A stretch of 52,194 nt of DNA from Clostridia bacterium (GCA_017616855.1 JAFZXI010000064.1:1-52194); one strand, 5' to 3'. Counted from the first letter of the stretch, positions 27,161 through 37,319 are shown. The notes: generated from the sequence alone by a model not told the origin. Translations and numbers: made by a program.

Positions 27161-28218
27161 GGTGTGAGATGACGCGCAAGGTCAGAGTCGGAAATACTTA
27201 TATCGGCGGCGGCGCGCCCGTATCCGTTCAGACGATGCTGGATGCTCCGTCTTACGACGTCGAGGGTAACGTCGCGCAGGCGATTGCCGTCGAGGAGGCG
27301 GGGTGCGATATTCTTCGCGTTGCCGTGCCGGATGAAGCTGCGCTTGCGGCGCTTGAAGCCGTGAAAAAGGCGGTCTCCGTGCCGGTTGTCGCGGATATTC
27401 ATTTCGACTATAAGCTCGCGCTTGCGGCGATCGATTGCGGCGCAGACAAGATACGCATCAACCCCGGAAACATCGGCGGAGCCGAACGAGTCCGCGCCGT
27501 AACGGAGAAGTGCAAAACTAACGGCGTCGCGATACGCGTGGGCGTCAACTCGGGTTCGCTTGAAAAAGAGGTTCTCACGAAGTACGGTTCGCCAACGCCA
27601 GAGGCGCTTTGCGAGAGCGCTTTGAACGCCGTGCGGCTACTCGAAAGCTTTGATTTTTATGACACCGTCGTTTCGATAAAGACGTCGTCAGTCGTTGATA
27701 CCGTTTCGGCTTACCGTCTGTTTTCTGCGGCGTCGGATTATCCTCTTCATATCGGCGTGACTGAGGCGGGAACCGAAAAAAGCGGCACTGTACGCAGCGC
27801 CGTTGCGCTCGGTTCGCTTCTGCTTGACGGGATAGGGGACACGCTCCGCGTTTCGCTTTCCGCTTCGCCTTTGAAGGAGGTCGAGGCCGGGATCGCGATT
27901 CTGAAAGCGTGCGGACTTCGCGATGGCGCGCAGGTTATCTCTTGTCCGACGTGCGGCAGGACACGCATCGACGTAAAGTCGCTCGCCGAGCAGGCGGAAG
28001 CATTGGCCGCGCGCTGTGAAAAACCGATAAAAATCGCGGTTATGGGCTGCGTCGTCAATGGGCCCGGCGAAGCGCGTGAAGCCGACATCGGAATAACCGG
28101 CGGAGACGGGGTCGGTCTGGTTTTCAAAAAAGGCGAGGTCGTCGAAAAGGTCGCGGAAAGCGAGCTTCTCGCGGCTCTCGAAAAGTACATAAAGGATTAC
28201 GAAAACGCAAATGAGTGA
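27157..28218 (+). CDS. ispG: HMBPP synthase
   Basis: VADIHF, RINPGNIG, GVNSGS, CPTCGR, MGCVVNGPGE; start may be ATG 27169. Confidence 0.96.
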   Translation: MRCEMTRKVRVGNTYIGGGAPVSVQTMLDAPSYDVEGNVAQAIAVEEAGCDILRVAVPDEAALAALEAVKKAVSVPVVADIHFDYKLALAAIDCGADKIRINPGNIGGAERVRAVTEKCKTNGVAIRVGVNSGSLEKEVLTKYGSPTPEALCESALNAVRLLESFDFYDTVVSIKTSSVVDTVSAYRLFSAASDYPLHIGVTEAGTEKSGTVRSAVALGSLLLDGIGDTLRVSLSASPLKEVEAGIAILKACGLRDGAQVISCPTCGRTRIDVKSLAEQAEALAARCEKPIKIAVMGCVVNGPGEAREADIGITGGDGVGLVFKKGEVVEKVAESELLAALEKYIKDYENANE

Positions 28219-31200
28219 AAACGGATACAAGTTTATCGAGGTCTTTACCGAGCTGACGCAGGCGTCAGACAAGGTGAAAGACATACGGATAAAGAACGCT
28301 TCCGTCCGTAAGGATGACAACGTTCTTTCTCTTAATATACGCGAAAGCGTTTCCGCCGATACGGAAACGGAGTTAAAGCAGTTGCTCACCTCTGCCTACG
28401 GGTTTTCTGACGTAGTCGTGGAGTGCGAGTCGCCGGCGGAACCGGAGATCTCCGCCGAAGTCACTGCGCCTGTTTCCGAGCAGTTATCTAAAGAAGCGGA
28501 ATCCGTGCCGGAACCGGTATCCGAGGCCGTATCCGAGCAGCCCGAGCCGTCGGAAAACACAGATGAGTACGCGTTTGCGGAGATTCTTAACAAGGCGATT
28601 TCAATGAGCCCGCCTGTTGCTTCGCTGCTTGCGGGGTGCAAATACGCGCTTGACGGCTCCGTTGCTACGCTTACGCTCGCGAAAGGCGGCAAATCGTATC
28701 TTGATGTAAGGGGAGTCACCGCCTTTTTTGAAAAGCAGCTCCGCGCGGCAACGAATAAACCTTACGTGATTGAATACGACGGATTGACCGAGCTTGAAAA
28801 AGATGTTTCAGACCAGGAAATAATTGAATTGTCAACCGTTAATTCGGACAATGTAGCCAAAGAAAAAGAGCGCGTTCTGCTCGGAAATAAGATAACTAAG
28901 CAGGTCGTTCCGATGTCGTCGATAAACGAAGATACCGGCAGAGTCACGGTCGAGGGCGACGTTTTTAAGATTGATTCGCGCGAGACCCGCGACGGCTCCA
29001 AAATCAGAGCGACGATTTACGTTACGGACTATACCGCTTCGGTAGCGGTGAAACTCGAGGACGTCGCGTTAAGGATCAGACCCGTCGTGGATAAACTTGA
29101 GGAAGGCAAGCGCATCCGTGTCCGCGGTATCATCAGGTATGACCGCTATTTCGGCGATAACTGCCTTTTTGCGGACGACATAATGTCGGTCCCGAAGCAG
29201 ACTGTTCCGGACACTGCGGAAGAAAAGCGCGTCGAGCTTCATCTGCATACCAACATGTCGTCAATGGACGGCGTTGCCGATATCGCCGATTACGTAAAGC
29301 GCGCTTCCGAGTGGGGACACAAAGCGATCGCCGTGACGGATCACGGCGTCGTGCAGTCATATCCGGCGGCTTCGGCGGCGTCGAAAAAGTACGGCGTCAA
29401 GATGATTTACGGCGTCGAGGACTACTTCGTCAATGATATCGTCGATGCGTTCTTCGGCGAAGAAAAGATGCCGCTTTCGGGCGAGTTTACCGTATTCGAT
29501 ATCGAAACGACCGGCACGATGATGTCGGACGACAGAATAACCGAAATTGCCGCCGTGAAGTTCCGCGACGGAGACGTTGCCGAGGAGTTCAGGACCTTCT
29601 GCAACCCCGATAAGAGCATCAGCGAAAAGATACAAAAGATAACCGGCATAACCAACGAGATGGTCGCTGACGCCCCGAAGGAAGCGGAAGTGGTTAAGAG
29701 TTTCCTGGATTTCTGCGGAAAAAGCGTACTTGTCGCGCACAACGCCGCTTTCGATACCGGCTTTATCGCCGCCGCCTGCGAAAGAAACGGCGTTCCTTTT
29801 GATTATTCCTACGTTGACACCGTGCCGCTCTGCCGCAAATACTACCCGAAACTAAAAAACGCGCGTCTTGACACTGTCGCAAAAGGACTCGGCTACGGCG
29901 ATTTCCGCCACCACAGAGCGATGGACGATACCAAAGTGCTCGCCGCCATTTTCCGCGACCTGTCGGAGCGGCTTATCGCGGACGGCGTTGAGGATACGCT
30001 CGGTCTGAACGGCGCGCTCGAGGGTATGAACACCAACTCGATGCACCGTTTCCATCAGGTCCTGCTCGTCAAGAACAAGGAGGGCTTGAAAAACCTCTAT
30101 AAGCTCGTGTCCAAAGCGCATATCGATAACTTCTACTATCAGCCGCGCGTCAAAAAGAGCGACCTGAACGAGCTCCGCGAAGGCCTTATCGTCGGCAGCG
30201 CCTGCGTCGAAGGCGAGTTATACCGCGCTTTCCTCGAGATGCGCAGCGAGGAGGAGATCCGGGAAATAGCGGATTATTACGACTATTTCGAGATTCAGCC
30301 CGTCGCGAACAACGAGTTCCTTATCAACGACGACGATATTACATGCGTAAACAGCAAGGACGACATTCGCGCAATTAATAAAAAAATCGTCGAGCTCGGC
30401 GAAAAACTCGGCAAACCCGTCGTCGCGACCGGCGACGTGCATTTCCTCAATCCGCGCGACAGCATCTTCCGCGAAGTGCTGATGGACGCAGCCGGCTTCC
30501 AGCCGGGCGAAACCGAAAGCGAGCTCTATTTCCGCTCGACCGACAATATGCTCCGCGAGTTCTCATATCTCGGCGAGGAAAAGGCGTTCGAGGTCGTCGT
30601 AACGAACACGAATAAGATCGCCGACATGGTCGAGGAGATACTGCCCGTGCCGGAAGGAACGTTCACTCCCGTCATCGAGGGCGCGGAAACCAGCTTCCGC
30701 GAAAGCACCTACGCGATGGCGCACGAAATATACGGCGATCCGCTTCCGGAAATCGTCGAAGACCGCCTCGCGAAAGAAGTCAATTCCGTCATTCAGAACG
30801 GATTTTCCGTCATGTACGAATCCGCGCACCGTATCGTCAAGTTCTCGAACGACAACGGCTACATAGTCGGCTCGCGCGGATCCGTCGGCTCGTCCTTCGC
30901 CGCTACTATGGCAGGCATAACCGAGATAAACCCGCTCCCGCCGCACTACATTTGCGCCAACTGCAAGCACTCGGAGTTCATCACCGACGGAAGCGTCAAA
31001 TCCGGCTTCGAGCTTGACGAAAAGCCCTGTCCGGTATGCGGCAAACCCATGCGCGGCGACGGACACGACATACCGTTTGAGACCTTCCTCGGCTTCCACG
31101 GAGAGAAGGCGCCGGATATCGACCTCAATATTTCCGGCGAGTTCCAGTCCACGGTTCATAAATACGTCGATTCGCTTTTCGGGGCCGAATACTGCTTCAA

Positions 31201-32548
31201 AGCCGGCACGATTTCGGTCATTCAGGACCGCACCGCCTACGGCTTCGTCAGAAAATACCTCGAGAACAGAGGCAAAAATGTCAGCAACGCCGAAACGGAG
31301 CGCCTGATGACCGGCATAACCGGCGTAAAACGCACGACCGGCCAGCATCCGGGCGGCATAGTCGTCGTCCCGAAGGGCTACGAAATATACGATTTCACGC
31401 CCGTTCAGCGCCCGGCGGACAAGTCGGAATCCGACATTATCACCACGCATTTTGACTTCAACTCCATGCACGACACGCTCTTGAAGCTCGACCTGCTCGG
31501 CCACGACGTCCCGACGCTCGCGAAGCACCTGACCGACATGACGGATACGCCGTTCACGAGCGTTCCGCTGAACGATAAGAAGGTCATGTCGCTCTTCACT
31601 TCGCCGGAGGCGCTCGGCGTCGACGCGAAGCAAATCAATTGCGAGACGGGCACGCTCGGACTGCCAGAAATGGGCACCGAATTCGTCCGCCAGATGCTTG
31701 TTGAAGCGCAGCCGAAGAAGTTCTCCGACCTGCTGCAGATATCCGGCCTTTCGCACGGCACGGACGTCTGGCTCGGCAACGCGCAGGATCTTATCAAGAA
31801 TAAGGTCTGCACGATTTCCGAGGTCATCGGCACAAGAGACGATATAATGGTCTATCTTATGCATAAAGGTCTGCCGTCCGATCAGGCGTTTTCCATCATG
31901 GAAAAGGTCAGAAAGAAAAATAAGACCCTTTCCGAAGACGACGAAAAGCTGATGAAAAGCAACGGCATCCCGGATTGGTACCTTGACAGTTGCAAGAAGA
32001 TCAAATACATGTTCCCGAAAGCGCACGCCGCCGCTTACGTCATGAGCGCGATACGCCTCGGGTGGTACAAGGTCTACCGCCCCCGCGATTTCTACGCGGC
32101 GCTGTTCACCGTCCGTCCGGACGGTTTCGACGCCGAAACCATGTCTGGCGGCATCGGCGGGATAAGGGCGAAGCGCGCCGCGCTCATCAACAAGCTTGCG
32201 GAAAGCGGCACGAAGATGTCCGCGAACGATAAAAACGCGCTCAACGTGCTTGAGCTTTCTATCGAGATGTATGAGCGCGGGATAAGCTTCCTGCCCGTCG
32301 ATATTTACAAGTCTGACCCGTTCAAATTCACCGTCGAAGGCAACGGAATAAGAATGCCCTTCATCGCAGTGGCCGGGCTCGGCGGCTCCGTCGCCACCGC
32401 GCTTGACGAAGCGAGGAAGGAATCCCGCTTTTCGACCCAGGAGGACATAAAAAACGTCGCCGGCGTTTCCAAGACCATAGTCGAAACAATGGACCGCCTC
32501 GGCGCGTTCGCCGACATCCCGAAGAGCAACCAGCTGACGTTCTTCTGA
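28211..32548 (+). CDS. polC: DNA polymerase III PolC-type
   Basis: PHP ELHLHTNMS, exonuclease DIETTG/AHNA/HRA, GSRGSVGSS, Zn finger, PDIDLN, KLDLLGH, YMFPKAHA. Confidence 0.97.
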   Translation: MSENGYKFIEVFTELTQASDKVKDIRIKNASVRKDDNVLSLNIRESVSADTETELKQLLTSAYGFSDVVVECESPAEPEISAEVTAPVSEQLSKEAESVPEPVSEAVSEQPEPSENTDEYAFAEILNKAISMSPPVASLLAGCKYALDGSVATLTLAKGGKSYLDVRGVTAFFEKQLRAATNKPYVIEYDGLTELEKDVSDQEIIELSTVNSDNVAKEKERVLLGNKITKQVVPMSSINEDTGRVTVEGDVFKIDSRETRDGSKIRATIYVTDYTASVAVKLEDVALRIRPVVDKLEEGKRIRVRGIIRYDRYFGDNCLFADDIMSVPKQTVPDTAEEKRVELHLHTNMSSMDGVADIADYVKRASEWGHKAIAVTDHGVVQSYPAASAASKKYGVKMIYGVEDYFVNDIVDAFFGEEKMPLSGEFTVFDIETTGTMMSDDRITEIAAVKFRDGDVAEEFRTFCNPDKSISEKIQKITGITNEMVADAPKEAEVVKSFLDFCGKSVLVAHNAAFDTGFIAAACERNGVPFDYSYVDTVPLCRKYYPKLKNARLDTVAKGLGYGDFRHHRAMDDTKVLAAIFRDLSERLIADGVEDTLGLNGALEGMNTNSMHRFHQVLLVKNKEGLKNLYKLVSKAHIDNFYYQPRVKKSDLNELREGLIVGSACVEGELYRAFLEMRSEEEIREIADYYDYFEIQPVANNEFLINDDDITCVNSKDDIRAINKKIVELGEKLGKPVVATGDVHFLNPRDSIFREVLMDAAGFQPGETESELYFRSTDNMLREFSYLGEEKAFEVVVTNTNKIADMVEEILPVPEGTFTPVIEGAETSFRESTYAMAHEIYGDPLPEIVEDRLAKEVNSVIQNGFSVMYESAHRIVKFSNDNGYIVGSRGSVGSSFAATMAGITEINPLPPHYICANCKHSEFITDGSVKSGFELDEKPCPVCGKPMRGDGHDIPFETFLGFHGEKAPDIDLNISGEFQSTVHKYVDSLFGAEYCFKAGTISVIQDRTAYGFVRKYLENRGKNVSNAETERLMTGITGVKRTTGQHPGGIVVVPKGYEIYDFTPVQRPADKSESDIITTHFDFNSMHDTLLKLDLLGHDVPTLAKHLTDMTDTPFTSVPLNDKKVMSLFTSPEALGVDAKQINCETGTLGLPEMGTEFVRQMLVEAQPKKFSDLLQISGLSHGTDVWLGNAQDLIKNKVCTISEVIGTRDDIMVYLMHKGLPSDQAFSIMEKVRKKNKTLSEDDEKLMKSNGIPDWYLDSCKKIKYMFPKAHAAAYVMSAIRLGWYKVYRPRDFYAALFTVRPDGFDAETMSGGIGGIRAKRAALINKLAESGTKMSANDKNALNVLELSIEMYERGISFLPVDIYKSDPFKFTVEGNGIRMPFIAVAGLGGSVATALDEARKESRFSTQEDIKNVAGVSKTIVETMDRLGAFADIPKSNQLTFF

Positions 32549-32562
32549 CATCTTTCATTATT

Positions 32563-32596
32563 ATAAAAAGCGTCCCTTTCGAGGGGCGCTTTTTAT
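32563..32596 (+). terminator. Intrinsic terminator after polC
   Basis: ATAAAAAGCGTCCC...GGGGCGCTTTTTAT. Confidence 0.8.
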
Positions 32597-32611
32597 CGTT
32601 ATGATAAATAA

Positions 32612-32682
32612 TTGAAAAATAACCTGCAAAAGTGTTATAATCGAATAATAAGTGTAACCAATCGCCGAAAACGGTGCTTATA
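32612..32682 (+). promoter_or_regulatory. SigA-like promoter followed by a possible ECF autoregulatory promoter
   Basis: TTGAAA-N18-TATAAT (32612-32641) with TG; TGTAACC (32653) ... CTTATA (32677). Confidence 0.45.
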
Positions 32683-32715
32683 TTGGCAGAGGCCATCCAA
32701 CGCGGAGGAAACGAG

Positions 32716-33285
32716 ATGATACTCTTGGATGACAGCAAGATAGTTGACCTGTTCTTACAGCGTGACGAAGACGCGATAAAACATACATCAGAAAAATACG
32801 GCAGCCGCCTGCGCTCTTTGGCATACGGCATAGTAAGAGACGAGCGGACGGCGGAAGAATGCGAAAACGATACATATCTCGAAGCGTGGAACTCCATCCC
32901 GCCGCACGAGCCGAGAGATTATCTTTACGCGTTCCTTGCGCGGATAACGAGGCACTTAACGCTCAACCGCTGCCGCGACAGCAGCCGCCTGAAACGCAAA
33001 GCTTACATATCAGACCTCGGCGAAGAGCTCGACCTTTGCATTCCGTCGCGGGAAGACGTGGAAAACCGCATGGATAACGCAGCGTTGGGCAAGGCGATAA
33101 ACGGATTTCTGGGCACGCTGGATGCGGAAAAGCGCAATATCTTAATTCGCCGGTATTGGTATCTCGATTCCGTATCGGATATCTCAAAGCGTTTTTCAAT
33201 GTCTGAAAGCAAGGTCAAAACAACTCTTTTCCGATGCCGCAACCGGCTCAGGGAATATCTTGAAAAGGAGGGTTACGTCGTATGA
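32716..33285 (+). CDS. ECF (sigma-70 group 4) RNA polymerase sigma factor
   Basis: Region 2 AEECENDTYLEAWNSIPP, FLARITR; region 4 RRYWYLDSVSDIS...SKVKTTLFRCRNRL; GGAGG RBS; exact start uncertain (32716/32725). Confidence 0.92.
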   Translation: MILLDDSKIVDLFLQRDEDAIKHTSEKYGSRLRSLAYGIVRDERTAEECENDTYLEAWNSIPPHEPRDYLYAFLARITRHLTLNRCRDSSRLKRKAYISDLGEELDLCIPSREDVENRMDNAALGKAINGFLGTLDAEKRNILIRRYWYLDSVSDISKRFSMSESKVKTTLFRCRNRLREYLEKEGYVV

Positions 33286-34406
33286 GAGGAATTGAATTAC
33301 TTGAAATGATGGAGTTCATCGACCCCGAATATATCGAAGCCGCCGATGCGCTGCCTGAAAAAACCGTCATAACGTCGTTCAGACCCTGGATGAAATGGGC
33401 TGTCGCGGCTATACTGATCGTCGTTATCGGCGTCGGGACGCCCGTCGCGCTGAATATGATGGGTGTTTTCCGCAACGAAAACTTCGTTTCCCCGAGCGGC
33501 GGCAGCGGCAACTCCGGCGTCATAACGTCTTATGGCAGTTCAGAGGAAAGATCAGAGGAAGTATCAAGCGCTGAGACGGGCGAAAATGGAACACTTGAAT
33601 CTTCGGTTGAATCTACGGCAATGATTAATAGTTCATTAGATCAGCATGGGAACATCAGTTCTGCATCAGGAGGTGAGGAAAACGTCACTGATACCACAAT
33701 GCCCGCTTGGGAGGACAAATTCATATTAAATGAAGTGAATTTCGTTAAAGTGAATATTTCTGATGTAACTTATCAGATAAACGGAGAAAATGTCACGTTT
33801 ACTTATGGATACTCATCTTTTGTTAAGATGAATGCAGATATGGATCTTAATGGTAAGCAAAGTCATTATGTTATTGATCATTATATTGGCAGTAATGGCG
33901 GCACTATTTCAATTATCGAAGGCTCCTATGATTTAATTAAATATGCATCAAACATTAGCTCTAATGAGTCAGTTGGTGATGAAATCTCCGAATCGGAAGC
34001 AGTTGAAATCGCAAAACGCATAGCCGTAAACACTAGCGTTATTTTGAGAGGTGTTGATGAAAACGCAAGCGCCTCAATAAAAGCTGTGGATGAAAAATAC
34101 TATGTTGTTTTATCTGTACCGGAAGGAAGAATTGATATTTATATCGACAAGACAGGTGCGTTGCTGTATTTTGTCGCAATTAAGGATGTTTCGCAACAGC
34201 TTTCTCCCGAAATGATAGCTATAGCGAGAGAGCGTATGAAAGCAAAATTGGTTGAGTTAAATAATAATCCGAACGAGAAATATGTTTTGGATGCTGAGCG
34301 ATTTATAAGATTGGGTGATAGTATATATGCGATTTTTAGTGTTAATTACTATCCTCATAATGATTCTAACGTGCATAGTGTGTATCAATTCTATTGTGCT
34401 ATTTAG
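33282..34406 (+). CDS. Putative transmembrane anti-sigma factor with extracytoplasmic domain
   Basis: ATGA-coupled to the sigma gene; short N-terminus LLEMMEFIDPEYIEAA, one TM, Ser/Glu linker, C-terminal domain. Confidence 0.7.
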   Translation: MRGIELLEMMEFIDPEYIEAADALPEKTVITSFRPWMKWAVAAILIVVIGVGTPVALNMMGVFRNENFVSPSGGSGNSGVITSYGSSEERSEEVSSAETGENGTLESSVESTAMINSSLDQHGNISSASGGEENVTDTTMPAWEDKFILNEVNFVKVNISDVTYQINGENVTFTYGYSSFVKMNADMDLNGKQSHYVIDHYIGSNGGTISIIEGSYDLIKYASNISSNESVGDEISESEAVEIAKRIAVNTSVILRGVDENASASIKAVDEKYYVVLSVPEGRIDIYIDKTGALLYFVAIKDVSQQLSPEMIAIARERMKAKLVELNNNPNEKYVLDAERFIRLGDSIYAIFSVNYYPHNDSNVHSVYQFYCAI

Positions 34407-34467
34407 CATTCGTTCAATGGGTTATATCCTTGAATGATATGCTTTAAAAAATTTAGGAGGAATTAAT

Positions 34468-36270
34468 ATGATGATTAAACGTGTGGTCGCTATTGTATTA
34501 TGCATTGCATTGACTGCGATCATAATGCCTACTTTGGCGTTCGCCGATGAAGGGAAGCAGATTGAAAGCAAGCACAAAACGGGAGACATTGTTCCTGGAC
34601 AGATAATATTACAACTAAAGGAGCCATATTACACATTTGATGGACCTCACTATGATCTTAGAGAATTGCTTCCGGAAATAGAAATTGAGTCTTATACCGA
34701 TATATTCCTTTCTGTTATCACGGCGCGTGAAAAACCTAGGGAAGAAATGAAACCCGATATGGTTGCGAGTGTCGGCACGGAATTTGGAATAAATCTCACC
34801 GAAAAAACGGTAGAGGCTTCTTTGCGTGCTATTAACCTACTTAAAGATAATCCATATGTCAAACTCGTAGAGCCGAATCTTTATGTTGAGCCGTTGTATA
34901 CAATTCCGAATGACCCGCTTTACGCTCCGTCGATTGGCACGCCGCAATGGGGTCTAGAGAAAATCGGTGCACCGGAAGCATGGGATTATATAACAGGTAG
35001 TGATATGACGGACGGCTCTGAATTGGATGATTATGTAAGAGTTGCCGTTATAGATTCTGGTATTTATGATCAACATCCAGATCTTGTGAATAATCTCGAT
35101 ATGTCACTTGCGTATAATGCGTATTATAATACGCTCGGTTATACTTCAGACACTTACGGACACGGAACTCATGTTGCTGGAATAATTGGTGCGGAAGGTA
35201 ATAATCTGGAGTGTATAGCAGGGGTGTGTTGGCGCATACAAATGGTGCCAATTAAAATAATGGATCCGTACAATGATACTGACGCTTTACTTATTAAAAA
35301 AGCTATAGAGTATGCAAAAGATAATGATATATATATTGCCAATCTAAGTTATACTCTTGTTGATTGCGCGGCTTTAAAACAAGCAATTGAGGATTATTCC
35401 GATGCAGGAGGATTATTGGTTATTGCTGCCGGGAATAGCAATACAAATCTCAATTATAGTAATTTGTATCGTTATGTATCAGGGATTTCCGGCGTAATTA
35501 TTGTTGGAGGACTCGATTATAATATGACAGATGATTCTCCTTATAGCGGTTATTGTTTTGGAGATGAGGTTGTTGACCTTTATGCACCAAGTCGATCAAT
35601 CGTCAGCACAGTACCTTATTCTATAAATCCATCAGGATACTTGGAAGCTAATGGCACGTCAATGGCTGCGCCGTTTGTAACGGGTACTGCCGCACTTATA
35701 AAATCAGCAAACACTTCGTACGGCGCCTCAACAATAAAGAAGAGGATACTTGATAACGTTACGACATCGGCTAATCTTACAAACTTTTGCATAACCGGCG
35801 GAAGGCTAAATATTCCGGATGCTTTATACGATATGGGGTATCGGGTCATAATTTCCAATACTATGACTCACGGAACGGTGCTCCCCTCCGCGATATTTAC
35901 AAAGCCGAATACGATCGTATATCTGACGGCGTATCCGGATGCGGGCTATATGCTGAAGCCGGGGACGATGAAGCATAATTCAAACAATACGGTTCAGATC
36001 AGTAAGTGGCGCTGCTTCTGCGCTATGCCGTATTCAAACGACACGATAACTGCGCAGTTCTATATGGTCGGCGACGTTGACCTTGACGGATATATCACGA
36101 TAGCTGATTCGCTTGCTGCGCTGCGCCATTATACGGGGCAGATCACGTTGACGGGCGACGCCTTACTTGCTGCCGACGTTGACGGCGATAACGACGTCGA
36201 TAACGACGATGCGCAGTATATCGCGGATTACTGCGCGGGAACGATCACGGTGTTCCCAATAGAGTTGTAG
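34468..36270 (+). CDS. Secreted S8 subtilisin-like serine protease with propeptide and C-terminal dockerin
   Basis: Signal peptide (AFA), VAVIDSG, HGTHVAG, AAGN, GTSMAAP; GDVDLDGYITIAD...DVDGDNDVDNDD. Confidence 0.93.
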   Translation: MMIKRVVAIVLCIALTAIIMPTLAFADEGKQIESKHKTGDIVPGQIILQLKEPYYTFDGPHYDLRELLPEIEIESYTDIFLSVITAREKPREEMKPDMVASVGTEFGINLTEKTVEASLRAINLLKDNPYVKLVEPNLYVEPLYTIPNDPLYAPSIGTPQWGLEKIGAPEAWDYITGSDMTDGSELDDYVRVAVIDSGIYDQHPDLVNNLDMSLAYNAYYNTLGYTSDTYGHGTHVAGIIGAEGNNLECIAGVCWRIQMVPIKIMDPYNDTDALLIKKAIEYAKDNDIYIANLSYTLVDCAALKQAIEDYSDAGGLLVIAAGNSNTNLNYSNLYRYVSGISGVIIVGGLDYNMTDDSPYSGYCFGDEVVDLYAPSRSIVSTVPYSINPSGYLEANGTSMAAPFVTGTAALIKSANTSYGASTIKKRILDNVTTSANLTNFCITGGRLNIPDALYDMGYRVIISNTMTHGTVLPSAIFTKPNTIVYLTAYPDAGYMLKPGTMKHNSNNTVQISKWRCFCAMPYSNDTITAQFYMVGDVDLDGYITIADSLAALRHYTGQITLTGDALLAADVDGDNDVDNDDAQYIADYCAGTITVFPIEL

Positions 36271-36332
36271 TGTTTTCGAACAGTGCACGGTTCTTAAACA
36301 AATAATCAAATATTACGAAAGGAGGAATTGTT

Positions 36333-37244
36333 ATGAAAAAGCTTTATAAACGCTTGCTTGCGGTCGTGCTTTGCTTGGCGCTGACGGCGGCGATAGCTCC
36401 GGCAACGGTATTCGCATCGTACGATAGAGAGCAGGGCAGGGTTAGGCCGGGCGTCTTTCTTTTGAAACTGAAAGAACAATACCTTGGGAATCTTAGAGAT
36501 CTGTTCCCTGAGATTGGTATTGAAGCCTATACTGATGAAAGAAAAACTAAATACTTCAATGAGCATAGTATAATTAGTTCGATACCTCCGCAAGATGATT
36601 TTGGAATGTATTTCATAGTGCATACTTCTGAAAACACCAGCGATGCAGTTATCTACGCGATGGCAATTCTTGAAAATGATCCGCTTGTTGAGTATGTTGC
36701 GCCGATTGATTATATCGATGGTGAGTTTTTCTTCATTAGTTTCTATGAGCCCTACAATGGCGACATTGCCGAGCTGCTTGCGGAGTTTTTGCCTGACATC
36801 GAGATTGAGAGCGTTAGAGAGGAAACCGAAACATTACGTTCAATATTGACTCAGCACGGCAAAGAATTCAGCGATTCTCTCAAAGCGCGTATCAATACGG
36901 AATTTAGGATTACACTTGTCGAAAAGACCGGCGATGCCGTCTTGAACGCGGTGAATAGAATTGAGCAAAGCAATTTTGATTTAATCAAAAGTGTCTATCC
37001 ATTGATTTGGCAAGATAATGGACCCAGACCTTTGGTTGAGTGGGGCAAAGAAGATAATGTAGTTATCGACCCGCCCGTCGATGATAAGCTTACAGTTGCC
37101 GAAGCGCTGGATGTTCTCCGTGTTGCCGCAGGGCTTGCGGTAGCCACTCCCGAAGAGGAGGTCGAATTCGACAAAGACGGCGACGGGGAAGTCACCGTGA
37201 ACGACGCGCTGATCGTTCTCCGCATCGCCGCAGGGCTTGCGTAA
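36333..37244 (+). CDS. Secreted protein: two S8-propeptide-like repeats plus a dockerin-like tail
   Basis: Signal peptide (VFA); repeats align to the neighbour's propeptide (LKEQY..LRDLFPEIGIEAYTD vs LKEPY..LRELLPEIEIESYTD); DKDGDGEVTVNDALIVLRIAA. Confidence 0.8.
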   Translation: MKKLYKRLLAVVLCLALTAAIAPATVFASYDREQGRVRPGVFLLKLKEQYLGNLRDLFPEIGIEAYTDERKTKYFNEHSIISSIPPQDDFGMYFIVHTSENTSDAVIYAMAILENDPLVEYVAPIDYIDGEFFFISFYEPYNGDIAELLAEFLPDIEIESVREETETLRSILTQHGKEFSDSLKARINTEFRITLVEKTGDAVLNAVNRIEQSNFDLIKSVYPLIWQDNGPRPLVEWGKEDNVVIDPPVDDKLTVAEALDVLRVAAGLAVATPEEEVEFDKDGDGEVTVNDALIVLRIAAGLA

Positions 37245-37265
37245 GTTTTGTCTTGGTCAACAGAT

Positions 37266-37305
37266 AAAAAAGCATCCGCTTTCCGATAGGAGGGCGGATG
37301 CTTTT
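37266..37305. terminator. Bidirectional terminator between the protease and B12 operons
   Basis: AAAAAAGCATCCGC...GCGGATGCTTTT. Confidence 0.8.
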
Positions 37306-37319
37306 GATTATATTCGTAT

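Noticed and set aside
30563-32551. 662-aa antisense ORF opposite polC
   Set aside because: Shadow frame expected from GC-rich codon bias; no recognisable motifs
32600-37300. Prophage, ICE or diversity-generating retroelement as the cause of the low-GC region
   Set aside because: No integrase, transposase, reverse transcriptase, att repeats or template/variable repeat pair visible in the window
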